Shown one piece after another: positions 15,877 through 20,000 of a stretch of DNA of 20,000 nucleotides. The DNA comes from Pachysolen tannophilus NRRL Y-2460 (taxonomy: Eukaryota): contig KV454018.1 of NCBI GenBank assembly GCA_001661245.1, forward strand, positions 356,582 through 376,581, in the 5' to 3' direction. The position numbers were made by a program, and so were the translations under genes. The stretch's first letter is position 1. Each line of letters opens with the position of its first letter. Below the pieces are notes generated by a model. It was not told where the DNA came from, searched no databases, and saw nothing but the letters and a program-made list of their open reading frames with translations.

Positions 15877-18729
15877 ATGTTTGCGAGGATTCAAGATCCG
15901 TTCTCAAATAATAATGATAATAATGACCGTTTGTTTGATCAGGATATAGAGTTGCAGCAGGCCTCTTCTTTTGTGAAAAGTAGTTCTGATTCTTCGTCAT
16001 CTTGTGCGTCGATAGTATTAGAGAATTTGAATCAATATTCTGAGCGTCAACAGCAACAACAAAGGCAACAACAACAACCGCCACCGCCACCGCCACTGTC
16101 ACTGTCACTGCCACCTCCGCCTATTGATCAAAGTTTTAACATAGATGATGAAGATTATTATAGAGGAGAAGAGAATAATGGCGGTTTGGTGCTTGATGAG
16201 TTGAATCTTTACGAGAAATTCAGGAGAAGATGGATGTGGAAACAAAAACAAATTTGTTTAGTGTTATTTGGAGTTTTCTTTATCGTTTGGTTAATACTGT
16301 TGATAAGTTATTCCAAAGGTGGGTCTGCGTTTAGAAACATTAATAAGTATACACCAGAGGTTGGAAGTAATAGAACTGATTTGCATACAAGTAGACCTTC
16401 ATCGATTGCAAGTAATTTAGAAAACCCAGTGGTAATTGATGGTATAGATAAAAAGAGAAAGATAACTCTTGATGAACTTAGAACTGGAAGATTCTACGTT
16501 CATGATGTAAATGTTAAATTACTTGATACCGATTATGATGATGAAGGTGTTTACCTTGAACAAATTGCTGGTCAATTTGTCTTGAGGAAAAATTCAAATC
16601 CTAATTTTAAACAAGTAATCTTGGAAGAACTGGAATTTCAATATGGTGATGAAATTCTTCAAGTTTCAGGATTTGAGTTGAATCATAAATTAGATAAGGC
16701 ATTAATAAGTACAGATGTTATTAAAGAATATAGATATTCATCATTTGCAAGATATTGGATTTATGATTTAAATACAAAGGAAATTGAACCATTATATGAA
16801 CAAATCCTTAAGGATAATGATAATGACAACGTTGGTGGAAATTTTAAAATTATTCCAGGGTTAAGTTTTGCTCAATGGTCTCCAATGGCTAATTATGTGA
16901 CATTTGTATTGGATAATAATGTATTTGTTAAAAAATTATCAAGTAATGAAGTTTTACAACTAACTACAGATGGATCATCAAATATTTTTAACGGAAAATC
17001 TGATTGGATTTATGAAGAAGAAGTTCTTGGTACAGATGTAGCAATTTGGTGGGCTCCAGATGAGTCGGGATTTGTTTTCCTTACTTTAAATGATACCAAC
17101 GTACCAACTTATGATTTGGAATTTTTTGTTCAACAATCTGATCTGAAATATCCAGTTATAGAAAGCTTAAAATACCCAAAACCGGGTTATAATAATCCAA
17201 TTCCTACATTGCATAGTTATAATGTAATTGAAAACAAATTAGAAATAATTAGTCATCTCGATTCAAAATTGGGAGATGATTTTATTGTTTATGATTGTGC
17301 ATATATTGATAATGAAAACGTTTTGATTAAAGAAACTGATAGAGAAAGTAATATATTAGATGTTAGAGTTTACAATCCTAAAAATTCAAATTCAAAAGTA
17401 GTTAGAACTGTTGATGCAGTTAAAGAATATAACGGCTGGCATGAACAGGTAAATGCTGTTACAATAATTCCACCAAGTGAAACATATAGTAGATCGAATT
17501 ATGGTTATGTCGATCAAGTTGTAATAGACGGTTATCCCCATTTAGCTTATTTTGCTAAAATTGATGATTCTTCTCCTTATACTATTTTAACTTCTGGTGA
17601 TTGGGAAGTTTTAAATGATGGTATAAAATTTAATCTGCAGACTAACAAGATATTTTTTTTGGCCAACAAAAAATCTTACCTTGATCATCATTTATATTCA
17701 GTTAATTTGGATGGACAAAATTTAACTTCATTGACAAATGATTCACAAAATGGGCATTATACGGTTAATTATTCTCCAAGTGGAAGATATTGTGTTTTAA
17801 ACTATAAAGGTCCAGATTTACCTATACAAAAAATTGTTGATTTGAATCATTTTTCAGAAAATTATTATGAAGATTCTATTCTGATAAATAATAATATCAA
17901 GGCTAAATTAGCTCAAGAAACTTTCCAAATTCCAAAAACTAAACAACATGAAGTTACTGTAATGGATGGAACAAAAGATAGCCTTGATTTAACTGTTATT
18001 GAAGTTCTTCCTGAAAATTTTGATCCTAACAAAAAATACCCATTATTAGTTAGTGTTTATGGAGGACCTGGTTCTCAAAAATTATCATTAGAATACGAAG
18101 TTAGATTAGAACAAGTTATATGTTCCTCTTTGGATGCAATTGTGATTTATATAGATCCAAGAGGCACTGGTGGCAGAGGATGGAAATTCAGATCATATGC
18201 AAACAAGAATCTTGGATATTGGGAACCAAGAGATATAACTGACGCCACTAAGTTATATATGGAATCTAAATCATATATCGATACATCTAAAGTGGCAATT
18301 TGGGGATGGAGCTATGGTGGATACACTACATTAAAGACATTAGAGTATGATACAGGAAATGTTTTCAAATACGGAATGGCTGTGGCACCTGTTACAGATT
18401 GGACATTTTATGATTCCGTATATACAGAAAGATATATGGATAAACCTTTAAATAATAAACAAGGTTACAAACAAAGTTCCATCAAAAACATTAAAAATTT
18501 TGCCAATGTTAAAAAATTTTTAATTATGCATGGGACTGCTGATGATAATGTACATTTCCAAAATACTTTATCCCTTTTAGATAAATTTGATACCAATAGT
18601 ATTGAAAATTATGATGTTCACATTTTTCCCGATAGTAATCATAGCATATATTATAATAATGCAAATACCATAGTTTTTGACAAATTATATAATTGGTTAA
18701 AAAATGCTTTCGAAGGAAAGTTCCAATGA
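15877..18729 (+). CDS. STE13: Dipeptidyl aminopeptidase A (S9B/DPP-IV family), type II membrane protein
   Basis: First ATG at 15877; long cytosolic tail, one TM helix, DWIYEEE, catalytic GWSYGG / HGTADDNVH / DSNHSI. The long tail, YWEPRD and synteny favour STE13 over DAP2. Confidence 0.9.
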   Translation: MFARIQDPFSNNNDNNDRLFDQDIELQQASSFVKSSSDSSSSCASIVLENLNQYSERQQQQQRQQQQPPPPPPLSLSLPPPPIDQSFNIDDEDYYRGEENNGGLVLDELNLYEKFRRRWMWKQKQICLVLFGVFFIVWLILLISYSKGGSAFRNINKYTPEVGSNRTDLHTSRPSSIASNLENPVVIDGIDKKRKITLDELRTGRFYVHDVNVKLLDTDYDDEGVYLEQIAGQFVLRKNSNPNFKQVILEELEFQYGDEILQVSGFELNHKLDKALISTDVIKEYRYSSFARYWIYDLNTKEIEPLYEQILKDNDNDNVGGNFKIIPGLSFAQWSPMANYVTFVLDNNVFVKKLSSNEVLQLTTDGSSNIFNGKSDWIYEEEVLGTDVAIWWAPDESGFVFLTLNDTNVPTYDLEFFVQQSDLKYPVIESLKYPKPGYNNPIPTLHSYNVIENKLEIISHLDSKLGDDFIVYDCAYIDNENVLIKETDRESNILDVRVYNPKNSNSKVVRTVDAVKEYNGWHEQVNAVTIIPPSETYSRSNYGYVDQVVIDGYPHLAYFAKIDDSSPYTILTSGDWEVLNDGIKFNLQTNKIFFLANKKSYLDHHLYSVNLDGQNLTSLTNDSQNGHYTVNYSPSGRYCVLNYKGPDLPIQKIVDLNHFSENYYEDSILINNNIKAKLAQETFQIPKTKQHEVTVMDGTKDSLDLTVIEVLPENFDPNKKYPLLVSVYGGPGSQKLSLEYEVRLEQVICSSLDAIVIYIDPRGTGGRGWKFRSYANKNLGYWEPRDITDATKLYMESKSYIDTSKVAIWGWSYGGYTTLKTLEYDTGNVFKYGMAVAPVTDWTFYDSVYTERYMDKPLNNKQGYKQSSIKNIKNFANVKKFLIMHGTADDNVHFQNTLSLLDKFDTNSIENYDVHIFPDSNHSIYYNNANTIVFDKLYNWLKNAFEGKFQ

Positions 18730-18974
18730 ACAATATTTTTGTATTTTTTTAATTTTAAAGAAAAGAAAGAAAAAAAAGAAAAAAAAAAAAAAACACACAC
18801 AAACTTATCATTCCATGCTTTTTTGTTGATATACATTCATGTGACAATTAAAATTAATAAATAATAATAAATTAAGTATAATAAACAGTTTCATTCCAAA
18901 AAAAAAAAAAAAAAGAAAAAAAAAGTACGTAAAAATGTGTATAGAGTAGAAGATGGAATCAATTTTAAATTATT

Positions 18975-19487
18975 CTACTGTGGTTTTGAATAATTTAAAG
19001 TTCCACATTTTATACAAGTTCTCTTCTCTAAATCACCATCAAAACTTAAAATTGCTTCTTTAACTTGAGTACCTAAATCATAACAATAGAATTCGATCTC
19101 ATGAACAATATCTTTACAATTAGAACAATACCATCTAATTTTATCATTAACATCTTTTGGTCTATCTTGTTCCAATACAATTCCAACTGTATCTTTAAAC
19201 CTAACTGGATTATGTGGGGTATTCCCAGGTAATAAGAAAGAATCACCTTGATTAATTATTACATCTTTGAAAACACCATCATCAACAACTTTCAAGCACA
19301 TTGTACCTTTGTATTGATAAAACCATTCTGGAGTTTGGTTAACATGATAATCAGTTCTTTCATTAGGTCCACCCACAATCATTACAGTAAAACCTCCTCT
19401 GTGTAAGCAATAATTATTTACAGGAGGTTGGAGTAACTGTTCATTTTCCTCTAGCCACTTATTGATATTGATTGGTTGAGGTAGCAT
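18975..19487 (-). CDS. BNA1: 3-hydroxyanthranilate 3,4-dioxygenase (kynurenine pathway, de novo NAD synthesis)
   Basis: [34 protein letters not shown], and the rubredoxin-like WYCSNC and CIKC pairs. Confidence 0.97.
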   Translation of the reverse strand: MLPQPININKWLEENEQLLQPPVNNYCLHRGGFTVMIVGGPNERTDYHVNQTPEWFYQYKGTMCLKVVDDGVFKDVIINQGDSFLLPGNTPHNPVRFKDTVGIVLEQDRPKDVNDKIRWYCSNCKDIVHEIEFYCYDLGTQVKEAILSFDGDLEKRTCIKCGTLNYSKPQ

Positions 19488-19944
19488 TTTTAGTTAGATA
19501 ATTAAATAGTTGTACTTGAATAGAAGTATTATTCAAATGTATAAAATTGATTTATAATTAAGATATACATCATCAGGAGATGCGTCATCTAGATAATTTT
19601 TATTATTTTTTAATTTTTTTTTTTTTTTTTTTTTTTCATTTACTTTACACTAAATATTAATTAAAAGATTTTCTACATTATTAATAGATGGATTGTAAAA
19701 GCTTGGAATAATCATTTTTATTTTATTTTTAATAAAAATGAAACTGCCATATCAAATATGTATTGATAAAATAGAAACATCTGCACTAAAACGTAAATAT
19801 ATATAATATCAGAAAGAAAGAAAAAAAAAATAGAATATGAGTAACAGGGGAAACCATCGCCATAAAAACAAGATACAACACAATATCACAATTAAATCCA
19901 GAATCCAATTGAATTGAAGTGACTGCTGAACATAGGGAAGACAA

Positions 19945-19975
<31 letters not shown>

Positions 19976-20000
19976 TTTTTATTTTTTTATTTTTTATTTT

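Noticed and set aside
19575..19930. Gcn4- or Sum1-like sites upstream of BNA1 (TGCGTCAT, GTGACTG)
   Set aside because: Imperfect short matches expected by chance.

Overview
AT-rich budding-yeast (Saccharomycotina) nuclear DNA with one 305-nt assembly gap and 11 apparently intronless protein genes: GIP3/HER1-like (runs off the left edge, missed by the ORF track), RPL5, RCN2, COX11, RDS2, MCT1, an MTP18/MTFP1-family gene, PDR16-like, RPB8, STE13 and BNA1. Eight of these recall the S. cerevisiae sister regions YPL131-137 / YOR219-227, so the window looks like an unduplicated (non-WGD) version of that block. No mobile element, CRISPR array, tRNA or rRNA was recognised. Most interesting signal: CTG codons are absent from the well-conserved Leu positions I checked and cluster in low-complexity regions and at non-Leu alignment columns. 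This suggests a reassigned CUG codon; Ala is slightly favoured (a Pachysolen-like code) and Ser is not excluded. Other leads are hairpin-rich non-coding islands next to Tbf1-like sites between GIP3 and RPL5 (candidate ncRNA), a Tac1 DRE-like element upstream of PDR16, twin Mcm1 sites between RPB8 and STE13, and Crz1-like sites plus an overlapping uORF at RCN2. All homology calls are from motif recognition and recalled sequences, not database searches.
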